64,000 nucleotides of DNA from Felixounavirus LF82P1: sequence record OZ035762.1; one strand, given 5' to 3'. Positions 58,345 to 63,771 of this stretch are shown one piece after another. Position 1 is the first letter of the stretch. Every line of letters starts with the position of its first letter. The notes under the pieces are model-generated. The model saw only the letters and a list, made by a program, of their open reading frames with translations. It did no database searches and had not been told where the DNA came from. Position numbers and translations under genes: made by a program.

Positions 58345-58425
58345 TTTGACAGAAGACCAAATACAGCAAACTTAATCTTATTCATCTGAAGGTAAATCGG
58401 ACAAAGAAGAGATTTGGTCTGGTCA
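58345..58425 (+). repeat. structured repeat copy 1 (AGACCAAAT ... ATTTGGTCT helix enclosing about 45-nt insert)
   Basis: 9-bp inverted repeat; conserved AGAAGACC..TACAGCAA box. Confidence 0.45.
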
Positions 58426-58433
58426 TTAAGAAT

Positions 58434-58510
58434 TGCGGGTATAGAGAAAGGGCGTCTCACATGTCTCATTAGCATGGTATCGGCAGGTTCGACTCCTGCA
58501 CCCGCCTCCA
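58434..58510 (+). tRNA. tRNA with anticodon CAT (Met/Ile-lysidine type), atypical acceptor
   Basis: D-stem GAGA/TCTC, anticodon stem CATGT/GCATG loop CTCATTA, T-arm GCAGG-TTCGACT-CCTGC, CCA; 1-72 pairing imperfect. Confidence 0.45.
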
Positions 58511-58583
58511 AATTTACAGAAGACCGTTTACAGCAACATTTATTAAATTTTTAGCGGAAAAATTGAAAGATACGGTCTGGTAA
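58511..58583 (+). repeat. structured repeat copy 2 (AGACCGT ... ACGGTCT helix)
   Basis: Box AAATTTACAGAAGACCGTTTACAGCAA identical to copy 4. Confidence 0.45.
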
Positions 58584-58593
58584 TACTAAACAT

Positions 58594-58670
58594 GGTTAGG
58601 AAGCACATAAGGTATGTGCGGTCGCCTGTTAAGCGAATGGCACAGGGTTCGAATCCCTGACTAACCGCCA
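58594..58670 (+). tRNA. tRNA-Asn (anticodon GTT)
   Basis: acceptor GGTTAGG/ACTAACC, D-stem GCAC/GTGC, anticodon loop CTGTTAA, T-arm CAGGG-TTCGAAT-CCCTG, CCA. Confidence 0.75.
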
Positions 58671-58739
58671 AATTTAGGAGAGAAGCGATTGCTCACCGAT
58701 TTGTAAGGTGCAAGTCCTTAGCCTGAATAGAAATTAAAT

Positions 58740-58827
58740 GTGTCGTTATCCCGTAGATGGTAGCGGTGGGGACTGTAAATCCCTTGTCATTGAGACTCGG
58801 TAGGTTCGACTCCTACACGGCACACCA
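58740..58827 (+). tRNA. tRNA-Tyr (anticodon GTA), long variable arm
   Basis: acceptor GTGTCGT/ACGGCAC, anticodon stem GGGGA/TCCCT loop CTGTAAA, variable arm about 15 nt, T-arm GTAGG-TTCGACT-CCTAC, CCA. Confidence 0.75.
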
Positions 58828-58832
58828 ATAAA

Positions 58833-58910
58833 GGTTATGTAGTTTAATTTGGTTAAAATACTCCCCTGTCACGGGAGATGATGAGGGTTCAAATCCCTTC
58901 GTAACCGCCA
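58833..58910 (+). tRNA. tRNA-Asp (anticodon GTC)
   Basis: acceptor GGTTATG/CGTAACC, anticodon stem CTCCC/GGGAG loop CTGTCAC, T-loop TTCAAAT, CCA. Confidence 0.8.
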
Positions 58911-58965
58911 ATTTTGAGAGGGCTATTTAGCCCCTCCCTTAAAGGGTTCTTACGAGTATCCTTTA

Positions 58966-59046
58966 AAGGAGCAGAAGACCAAATACAGCAAGTTACTTAA
59001 AATTTCAAGCCAATTTAATTTTGAAAAATTTAAAACTTGGTCTGGC
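58966..59046 (+). repeat. structured repeat copy 3 (AGACCAA ... TTGGTCT helix)
   Basis: Same conserved box AGAAGACCAAATACAGCAA; compensatory stem changes vs copies 2/4. Confidence 0.45.
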
Positions 59047-59051
59047 TCAAC

Positions 59052-59190
59052 AAATTTACAGAAGACCGTTTACAGCAAAACTTAAACAATCTATTTCTCG
59101 GTAAAGAAAAGGCGAAGGTTCGATTCCTTCACTCGGCAGATGTCGAGTTGGTGTAATGGTAGCACTTAAGATGATAAACAACGGTCTGGT
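59052..59190 (+). ncRNA. candidate Y-RNA-like element: terminal helix (AGACCGTT/AACGGTCT) enclosing a circularly permuted tRNA-like module
   Basis: Order T-arm GAAGG-TTCGATT-CCTTC (59114-59130), acceptor 3' ACTCGGC, 4 nt, acceptor 5' GTCGAGT (7 bp complementary), D-arm-like GGTGTAATGGTAGCAC; no anticodon arm. Confidence 0.35.
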
Positions 59191-59338
59191 AATTATCTTT
59201 GTAGATAAGTTATTAAGCTTACCTGTGAGTATGCGACCACAAAGGGTGAAAGGGTAAATTCTAGATTTAAACCCAAAAAGGCACATCGCTACAGACCTTA
59301 AGCAAGTCTGGGTAGCTTATCTACAAAGATAATTTAAT

Positions 59339-59414
59339 GGAAGTGTAGCAGAATGGTGATGCGGCAGACTTTTAATCTGACAGGCGATGGGTTCGAATCC
59401 CTCCACTTCTACCA
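59339..59414 (+). tRNA. tRNA-Lys (anticodon TTT)
   Basis: acceptor GGAAGTG/CACTTCT, anticodon loop CTTTTAA, T-loop TTCGAAT, CCA; paralog of Lys-CTT tRNA with compensatory anticodon-stem change. Confidence 0.7.
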
Positions 59415-59418
59415 ATAT

Positions 59419-59495
59419 GGTTCAGTCGCAGATAAGGTAATGCAAGGGTCTCATAAGCCCTATGAATGTGGGTTCGAATCCCATCTGAACCTCCA
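59419..59495 (+). tRNA. tRNA-Met (anticodon CAT)
   Basis: acceptor GGTTCAG/CTGAACC, anticodon stem AGGGT/GCCCT loop CTCATAA, T-arm GTGGG-TTCGAAT-CCCAT, CCA. Confidence 0.75.
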
Positions 59496-59497
59496 AT

Positions 59498-59572
59498 TGT
59501 GGGTTAGCATAAATGGTAATGCAAACGGCTGATAACCGTTAGAAGAGGGTTCGATACCCTCACCTACAACCA
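59498..59572 (+). tRNA. tRNA-Ile (anticodon GAT)
   Basis: acceptor TGTGGGT/ACCTACA, D-stem GCAT/ATGC, anticodon stem AACGG/CCGTT loop CTGATAA, T-arm GAGGG-TTCGATA-CCCTC, CCA. Confidence 0.75.
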
Positions 59573-59587
59573 AGTTCAATAAAGTTG

Positions 59588-59616
59588 TTGACATTGAGAT
59601 GTGACTACTTTATAGT
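59588..59616 (+). promoter_or_regulatory. sigma70-like promoter TTGACA-N17-TATAGT inside tRNA cluster
   Basis: Near-consensus -35 and -10 with 17-nt spacer. Confidence 0.55.
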
Positions 59617-59820
59617 AACCTTAGTTTTCGTTGCGTAGCGTCTATTTTGCAAATTTAAAATAAATGCAAACGACAATGTTTTTCTGGCAGTAGCTTGATA
59701 GGCTAAACACCAGTGAGGTCTTCCAATCCCTCATCAAAGAATTTGGCGTACTCGCCCACGGTATGATTAATAAGGTGGGCATCTTTAAGGGCTTTCTAAG
59801 AGAGTCTTTAAAGATAATTA

Positions 59821-59902
59821 CGGGGCGTATCTCAGCGGTCTTCTAAACCGCCGTTAACCGAGTAAGTGGAGTATGCGGGTTCGAGTCCTGCCGCCTCGAC
59901 CA
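59821..59902 (+). tRNA. atypical tRNA-like gene, anticodon loop CTTCTAA (TCT, Arg-type), D-arm apparently absent
   Basis: acceptor CGGGGCG/CGCCTCG, perfect anticodon arm GCGGT-CTTCTAA-ACCGC, T-arm GCGGG-TTCGAGT-CCTGC, CCA; only 7 nt between acceptor and anticodon stem, 23-nt region before T-arm. Confidence 0.4.
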
Positions 59903-60045
59903 ATTTAGTTAGCAGATTACTTAGACGACCTAAGCGGGTCTTCCTGTAGGGAGGTGGTCTGTATCTCATGTTTTCCAGAACATGTAAATAATCTGAGAAG
60001 GGGCTTTACAGTGTTGAGATAATACGGTAAGCTTCGAATTATAGT

Positions 60046-60128
60046 ATGGGACGATGTTAAGACTCTAAGGCATGAGCAACGGCCTCCAAAACCGTTTCAA
60101 AGGGGTTCAACTCCTCCGTCCCATGCCA
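60046..60128 (+). tRNA. tRNA-Trp (anticodon CCA), atypical extended D region
   Basis: acceptor ATGGGAC/GTCCCAT, anticodon loop CTCCAAA with stem ACGGC/ACCGT, T-loop TTCAACT, CCA; about 8 extra nt before D-stem. Confidence 0.45.
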
Positions 60129-60141
60129 AAGTCTTATTAGG

Positions 60142-60229
60142 GGTAGGTAGCGGCTAATGGCAGCCAAACAGTCTTGAAAACTGTTGCCACTGTAGAGATA
60201 CGGTGAGGGTTCGACTCCTTTACTTACCG
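60142..60229 (+). tRNA. tRNA-Ser (anticodon TGA), long variable arm
   Basis: acceptor GGTAGGT/ACTTACC, 3-bp D-stem, anticodon arm ACAGT-CTTGAAA-ACTGT, about 20-nt variable arm, T-loop TTCGACT; CCA not encoded. Confidence 0.7.
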
Positions 60230-60388
60230 CCTAATAAGATTTTTAAAGCCAAGCTTCATTCGGATGTTGCTTTGGTATCCCTCGTGTATTGTCGTACACA
60301 CTGATAAAACACCTAGTAGGTGTCACGGAGAAGAGATAATATCAAGCTCTCCAAAGGTTCTAGTCACCGGATTAAACAAGACTATGCA

Positions 60389-60412
60389 AAGACCTTTTAG
60401 GTCTTTTTAGAG
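60389..60412 (+). terminator. hairpin + T-run inside tRNA cluster spacer
   Basis: AAGACC-TTTT-AGGTCTT followed by TTTT. Confidence 0.4.
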
Positions 60413-60487
60413 GGCTTCTAAGGTTATTACAGCTTGTTGTGGAACCTTGTTGCTTAGGTTCTTAGAAGTTCTCTAAAAAGATTTAAT

Positions 60488-60565
60488 GGGAGATTGACGG
60501 TAATTGGTAAACCTATCTCGCTTAGAACGAGATGTTTGAGGGTTCGAATCCCTTGTCTCCTACCA
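60488..60565 (+). tRNA. tRNA with anticodon TAG (Leu by anticodon), short variable arm
   Basis: acceptor GGGAGAT/GTCTCCT, anticodon arm ATCTCG-CTTAGAA-CGAGAT, T-arm GAGGG-TTCGAAT-CCCTT, discriminator A, CCA. Confidence 0.6.
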
Positions 60566-60572
60566 AATTAAT

Positions 60573-60648
60573 GCAGGTGTAGCAAAATGGTTATGCGGCT
60601 GACTCTTAATCAGTAAGACGATGGGTTCAATTCCCTCCACCTGTACCA
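60573..60648 (+). tRNA. tRNA-Lys (anticodon CTT)
   Basis: acceptor GCAGGTG/CACCTGT, anticodon arm GCTGA-CTCTTAA-TCAGT, T-loop TTCAATT, CCA. Confidence 0.75.
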
Positions 60649-60654
60649 AACAAT

Positions 60655-60730
60655 GGGGTCATAGTTTATATGGTTAAAATTCGAGTTTTGCAAACTTGGG
60701 AACTGAGTTCAATTCTCAGTGACTCCACCA
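60655..60730 (+). tRNA. tRNA-Ala (anticodon TGC)
   Basis: acceptor GGGGTCA/TGACTCC (G3-U70), anticodon arm CGAGT-TTTGCAA-ACTTG, T-arm CTGAG-TTCAATT-CTCAG, CCA. Confidence 0.75.
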
Positions 60731-60736
60731 ATTAGT

Positions 60737-60811
60737 GCATCCATAGTTTAAACGGGAAAATTACAGTCTTCCAAACTGAGGTTGAGGGTTCGATTCCCTC
60801 TGGATGCTCCA
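60737..60811 (+). tRNA. tRNA-Gly (anticodon TCC)
   Basis: acceptor GCATCCA/TGGATGC, anticodon loop CTTCCAA, T-arm GAGGG-TTCGATT-CCCTC, CCA. Confidence 0.8.
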
Positions 60812-60825
60812 AATTAAGGTGTGAT

Positions 60826-61239
60826 ATGAAAATATGCAGTACTTGCAGAATACCAAAAGATGAAAGCTTATTCCATAAGAATAAGAACAAGAAAGACGGT
60901 CTTCAAAGTCAATGCAAAGATTGTGCAAGACTCCGTGATGCAAAGAGTTATCAAGCAAATGATAAAAGGAAAGAGGCTATTAAAAGCACTCGTAACTTCA
61001 AGAGAGAGCATAACAAGACTCTAGCTAGAAGGTACAAAGCTTTATGCAAATGTCATATATGTGGTGAGAAAGAACCAGTTGCACTGGATTTACACCATAC
61101 AGACCCTTCCCAGAAAGATTTGAATCCTGCATCACTTTATTCATACTCCACAAAAAGATTAAAAGATGAAATCAGAAAGTGCATTGTCTTGTGCGCTAAC
61201 TGTCACAGAAAAGTACATGCTGGTATCATAAAAGTTTAA
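60826..61239 (+). CDS. HNH homing endonuclease inserted in tRNA cluster
   Basis: 137 aa; CxxC..CxxC and HNH motif CHICG..LDLHH..CANCHRKVH. Confidence 0.65.
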   Translation: MKICSTCRIPKDESLFHKNKNKKDGLQSQCKDCARLRDAKSYQANDKRKEAIKSTRNFKREHNKTLARRYKALCKCHICGEKEPVALDLHHTDPSQKDLNPASLYSYSTKRLKDEIRKCIVLCANCHRKVHAGIIKV

Positions 61240-61240
61240 T

Positions 61241-61317
61241 GCTGCTTTCGTATAATTGGCTATTACACATCCCTTGTAAGGATGGAAATGCAGGTTCGAG
61301 TCCTGTGAGCAGCACCA
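61241..61317 (+). tRNA. tRNA-Thr (anticodon TGT)
   Basis: acceptor GCTGCTT/GAGCAGC, anticodon arm CATCC-CTTGTAA-GGATG, T-arm GCAGG-TTCGAGT-CCTGT, CCA. Confidence 0.8.
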
Positions 61318-61412
61318 ATTCAGAGGTCAAGTGAAAGACCGCTGGTGTCAACTGAAGACCGTAACAAATTCCACGGAGTTGAGTTAGCGGCACAACTTCA
61401 GACCTCTTTCAT
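61318..61412 (+). ncRNA. candidate structured RNA (about 95-nt imperfect rod-like hairpin) between tRNA-Thr and tRNA-Val
   Basis: Nested inverted repeats CAGAGGTCAAGT/ACTTCAGACCTCT, CCGCT/AGCGG, TCAACT/AGTTGA, CCGT/ACGG; contains GAAGACCGT box. Confidence 0.3.
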
Positions 61413-61487
61413 ACTCGCTTAGTTTATATGGTAAAACATCACCCTTACAAGATGAAGAAAAAGGTTCAAGTCCTTTAGTGAGTACCA
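61413..61487 (+). tRNA. tRNA-Val (anticodon TAC)
   Basis: acceptor ACTCGCT/AGTGAGT, D-stem GTTT/AAAC, anticodon loop CTTACAA, T-arm AAAGG-TTCAAGT-CCTTT, CCA. Confidence 0.7.
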
Positions 61488-61488
61488 T

Positions 61489-61566
61489 GTTCCAGTATCC
61501 CAATTGGCAGAGGATGCAAGCTCAAACCTTGTACTAGTGACGGTTCGAATCCGTCTTGGAACACCA
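61489..61566 (+). tRNA. tRNA with anticodon CAA (Leu by anticodon), short variable arm
   Basis: acceptor GTTCCAG/TTGGAAC, D-loop AATTGGCAG, anticodon arm GCAAG-CTCAAAC-CTTGT, T-arm GACGG-TTCGAAT-CCGTC, discriminator A, CCA. Confidence 0.6.
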
Positions 61567-61571
61567 ATTTT

Positions 61572-61647
61572 GCAGGATTAGTTCAAATGGATAGAGCAAC
61601 AGTCTACGAAGCTGTTAATAGGGGTTCGAATCCCTTATCCTGCGCCA
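61572..61647 (+). tRNA. tRNA-Arg (anticodon ACG)
   Basis: acceptor GCAGGAT/ATCCTGC, D-stem GTTC/GAGC, anticodon arm ACAGT-CTACGAA-GCTGT, T-loop TTCGAAT, CCA. Confidence 0.8.
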
Positions 61648-61666
61648 ATTTAAAGAGGCTATTTAG

Positions 61667-62224
61667 ATGAGATATTTGAAGTATGCTTCATGGATTTTCT
61701 TAGCTTTGTTAGAACCATTTGCAGCAATCTTAGCAGTTATCTTAGCACCTTTTGTAGTTCCATTTTACAGTGAGAAGAAAGGACACTTACCTTTCGGATT
61801 TAGATGGATGGAAACTTATGACAACCCAATTGATGGTGATGAAGGTCACGTTAAAAGATGGGCTAATATTAGATGGATTGGTAAGCTTGGTGTCTATATG
61901 CAGAGAGTCGGTTGGCTCTGGAGAAACAAAGCTTATAACTTCTCTTACCATGTGTTAGGAAGAGATGTAAAAGATGTTACTAAGTGGAAAGGTAATATCA
62001 ACGTAAGTTCTAACCCTGAAGATAATCAGACAGGTTATCTCCTAATGTGGAACAGCAATGCTTGGGGATTATTCGCTTTTATACCATCAATTAAAATCTT
62101 TGGTAAACAGTTCTACTGGAGAATTTATATTGGGTGGAAGCTAAAAAGTGTTGTCCCAGAAGAAAGAGCATTCTCAAGGGAAAGAGTTATGTTGGCATTC
62201 TTTATTCATCCACTAAGAAATTAA
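61667..62224 (+). CDS. hypothetical membrane protein
   Basis: 185 aa; N-terminal hydrophobic segments. Confidence 0.5.
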   Translation: MRYLKYASWIFLALLEPFAAILAVILAPFVVPFYSEKKGHLPFGFRWMETYDNPIDGDEGHVKRWANIRWIGKLGVYMQRVGWLWRNKAYNFSYHVLGRDVKDVTKWKGNINVSSNPEDNQTGYLLMWNSNAWGLFAFIPSIKIFGKQFYWRIYIGWKLKSVVPEERAFSRERVMLAFFIHPLRN

Positions 62225-62232
62225 AGATTTAA

Positions 62233-62308
62233 AGGGGATTAGTTTACAAGGTTAAAACCTCGGTCTTTGAAATCGAAGAAGTTGGTTCAATTCCAACATC
62301 CCCCGCCA
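62233..62308 (+). tRNA. tRNA-Gln (anticodon TTG)
   Basis: acceptor AGGGGAT/ATCCCCC with unpaired 1-72, D-stem GTTT/AAAC, anticodon arm TCGGT-CTTTGAA-ATCGA, T-arm GTTGG-TTCAATT-CCAAC, CCA. Confidence 0.7.
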
Positions 62309-62310
62309 AT

Positions 62311-62389
62311 GCTCCATTACTCCAATTGGCAGAGAGGCCAGACTTAAAATCTGTGTTATGTATCGGTTCGAATCCGATATGGAGTACCA
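62311..62389 (+). tRNA. tRNA with anticodon TAA (Leu by anticodon), short variable arm
   Basis: acceptor GCTCCAT/ATGGAGT, D-loop AATTGGCAG, anticodon loop CTTAAAA, T-arm ATCGG-TTCGAAT-CCGAT, discriminator A, CCA; paralog of CAA tRNA. Confidence 0.55.
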
Positions 62390-62394
62390 AATTT

Positions 62395-62470
62395 AGCGGT
62401 ATAGCATAACTGGCAATGCAACAGTCTCTGAAGCTGTCTTATTAAGGTTCAAATCCTTATGCCGCTGCCA
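62395..62470 (+). tRNA. tRNA-Gln (anticodon CTG)
   Basis: acceptor AGCGGTA/TGCCGCT, D-stem GCAT/ATGC, anticodon arm ACAGT-CTCTGAA-GCTGT, T-arm TAAGG-TTCAAAT-CCTTA, CCA. Confidence 0.7.
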
Positions 62471-62501
62471 CTTCTAAGGGTTCTTACGAGAGTCCTTAAA
62501 T

Positions 62502-62577
62502 GTGGCCTTATCATAAATGGTAATGACCCATGCTGTGAACATGGTCTATACGGGTTCAAATCCCGTAGGTCACCCCA
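62502..62577 (+). tRNA. tRNA-His (anticodon GTG)
   Basis: acceptor GTGGCCT/AGGTCAC, D-stem TCAT/ATGA, anticodon arm CCATG-CTGTGAA-CATGG, T-arm ACGGG-TTCAAAT-CCCGT, discriminator C, CCA. Confidence 0.8.
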
Positions 62578-62583
62578 ATTTAT

Positions 62584-62659
62584 AGTCCAAGTAGCTTATA
62601 TGGTTAAAGCGCGTGTCTGAAAAACATGAGAAGAGGGTTCAAATCCCACTGGACTACCA
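62584..62659 (+). tRNA. tRNA-Phe (anticodon GAA)
   Basis: D-stem GCTT/AAGC, anticodon arm CGTGT-CTGAAAA-ACATG, T-loop TTCAAAT; acceptor boundaries uncertain by 1-2 nt. Confidence 0.6.
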
Positions 62660-62675
62660 ATTTCAAAGGTGCTTA

Positions 62676-63410
62676 ATGAAAGAGATGACAGAACAAGGTA
62701 AGGAGATTTTTAATCTCTTAAAAACCGGTAAAGGGTTTTCTAACCCACTTATTACTGGTGCAGCAGTTCTCGGTGGAACCGTAGCTGCTTCTACATCACT
62801 TGTAAGCTCTATTAGTTCTGTAACAGACCCTACAATGCAGGAGAAACTTGTTGCTGCTGGACTTACAACAGTCCTTCTAAACAGCTTTACAACAAGCCTT
62901 ACAAGCACTACAGCAACTACTAAAACTCTGACAGACTACGGTCAAAAGTCTATTGATGAGTTTTCATCACGTATGCAGGTAGCAAAGGGGTATTCCAATG
63001 TTATGGGTGCAGCAGGAGAACAAGTTGGTTGTACACCATTCAGTGGTATCATGGGTGTTGCTACAGAGTATGGTCAAAAAGCTATTGACATGATGAACAG
63101 TACACTAGATAGTGTTAATGGTGTGTTAAGTGACTTACAAGATGCTATTGATAAGGGTCTTGATACTGTTTCTGATTTAGCTAATCAGGCTGTTAGTAAG
63201 ATTAATGAAGGTATTTCAAAGATTACAGCTTATGCAGATGAAGTTGTGCAGATGATTGAAGAAGAAGCTTCCCTTATTGCAGAGTACCTTAAAACGAATA
63301 TCAATGGGTTCTTAGCAGGTATCTTACCAGACTGGTTTGATGATGCCTGTAAAACTGGTGTGATTGACACTATTGCAACACCAGAAATGAAGAGCGCATT
63401 ACAGAAATAA
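62676..63410 (+). CDS. hypothetical Ser/Thr-rich protein
   Basis: ORF track 62613 trimmed to first ATG downstream of tRNA-Phe (AAGGTG RBS-like). Confidence 0.5.
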   Translation: MKEMTEQGKEIFNLLKTGKGFSNPLITGAAVLGGTVAASTSLVSSISSVTDPTMQEKLVAAGLTTVLLNSFTTSLTSTTATTKTLTDYGQKSIDEFSSRMQVAKGYSNVMGAAGEQVGCTPFSGIMGVATEYGQKAIDMMNSTLDSVNGVLSDLQDAIDKGLDTVSDLANQAVSKINEGISKITAYADEVVQMIEEEASLIAEYLKTNINGFLAGILPDWFDDACKTGVIDTIATPEMKSALQK

Positions 63411-63412
63411 AT

Positions 63413-63505
63413 GGAAGATTAACCCTAAAAGGTAAGGGAGCAGTTTGCTAAACTGCCAGTAGCTGAGAAATCGGTGTACCAGTTCAAGTCTGGTATCTTC
63501 CTCCA
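63413..63505 (+). tRNA. tRNA-Ser (anticodon GCT), long variable arm
   Basis: acceptor GGAAGAT/ATCTTCC, 3-bp D-stem, anticodon arm GCAGT-TTGCTAA-ACTGC, long variable arm, T-arm ACCAG-TTCAAGT-CTGGT, CCA. Confidence 0.8.
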
Positions 63506-63509
63506 ATTT

Positions 63510-63585
63510 GAATCCGTGACAGAAATGGCTATGTGCCTGTCTGCAAAACAGGTTTATAAGGGTTCGAGTCCCTTCGGATTCTCCA
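63510..63585 (+). tRNA. tRNA-Cys (anticodon GCA)
   Basis: acceptor GAATCCG/CGGATTC, anticodon arm CCTGT-CTGCAAA-ACAGG, T-arm AAGGG-TTCGAGT-CCCTT, CCA. Confidence 0.8.
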
Positions 63586-63621
63586 AGTTATTTTACTCTC
63601 TCTCAATTAAAATAATAATAA

Positions 63622-63682
63622 TGCCCTGCTATAAGTATTCTTCCTTTCGCTACCGAAGAGTATTTTTAGACAGGGCTTTTTT
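63622..63682 (+). terminator. rho-independent terminator (long imperfect hairpin + T6) ending tRNA cluster
   Basis: GCCCTGCTATAAGTATTCTTC...GAAGAGTATTTTTAGACAGGGC + TTTTTT. Confidence 0.55.
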
Positions 63683-63747
63683 ACAGAGTTATACTTTATA
63701 GGAAGACTTATACAGTATGTCTCTGACGTACATTGTGGTTTCTCCTT

Positions 63748-63771
63748 GACGGTCTCTGTGCCGTCTTTTTT
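63748..63771 (+). terminator. rho-independent terminator
   Basis: GACGG-TCTCTGTG-CCGTC + TTTTTT. Confidence 0.55.

Noticed and set aside
58260-63701. ORF-track entries overlapping tRNA genes (58260-58511, 59056-59286, 60761-60958 on minus; 63474-63701 on plus)
   Set aside because: They run through well-formed cloverleaf tRNA genes; translations are low complexity; rejected as coding.
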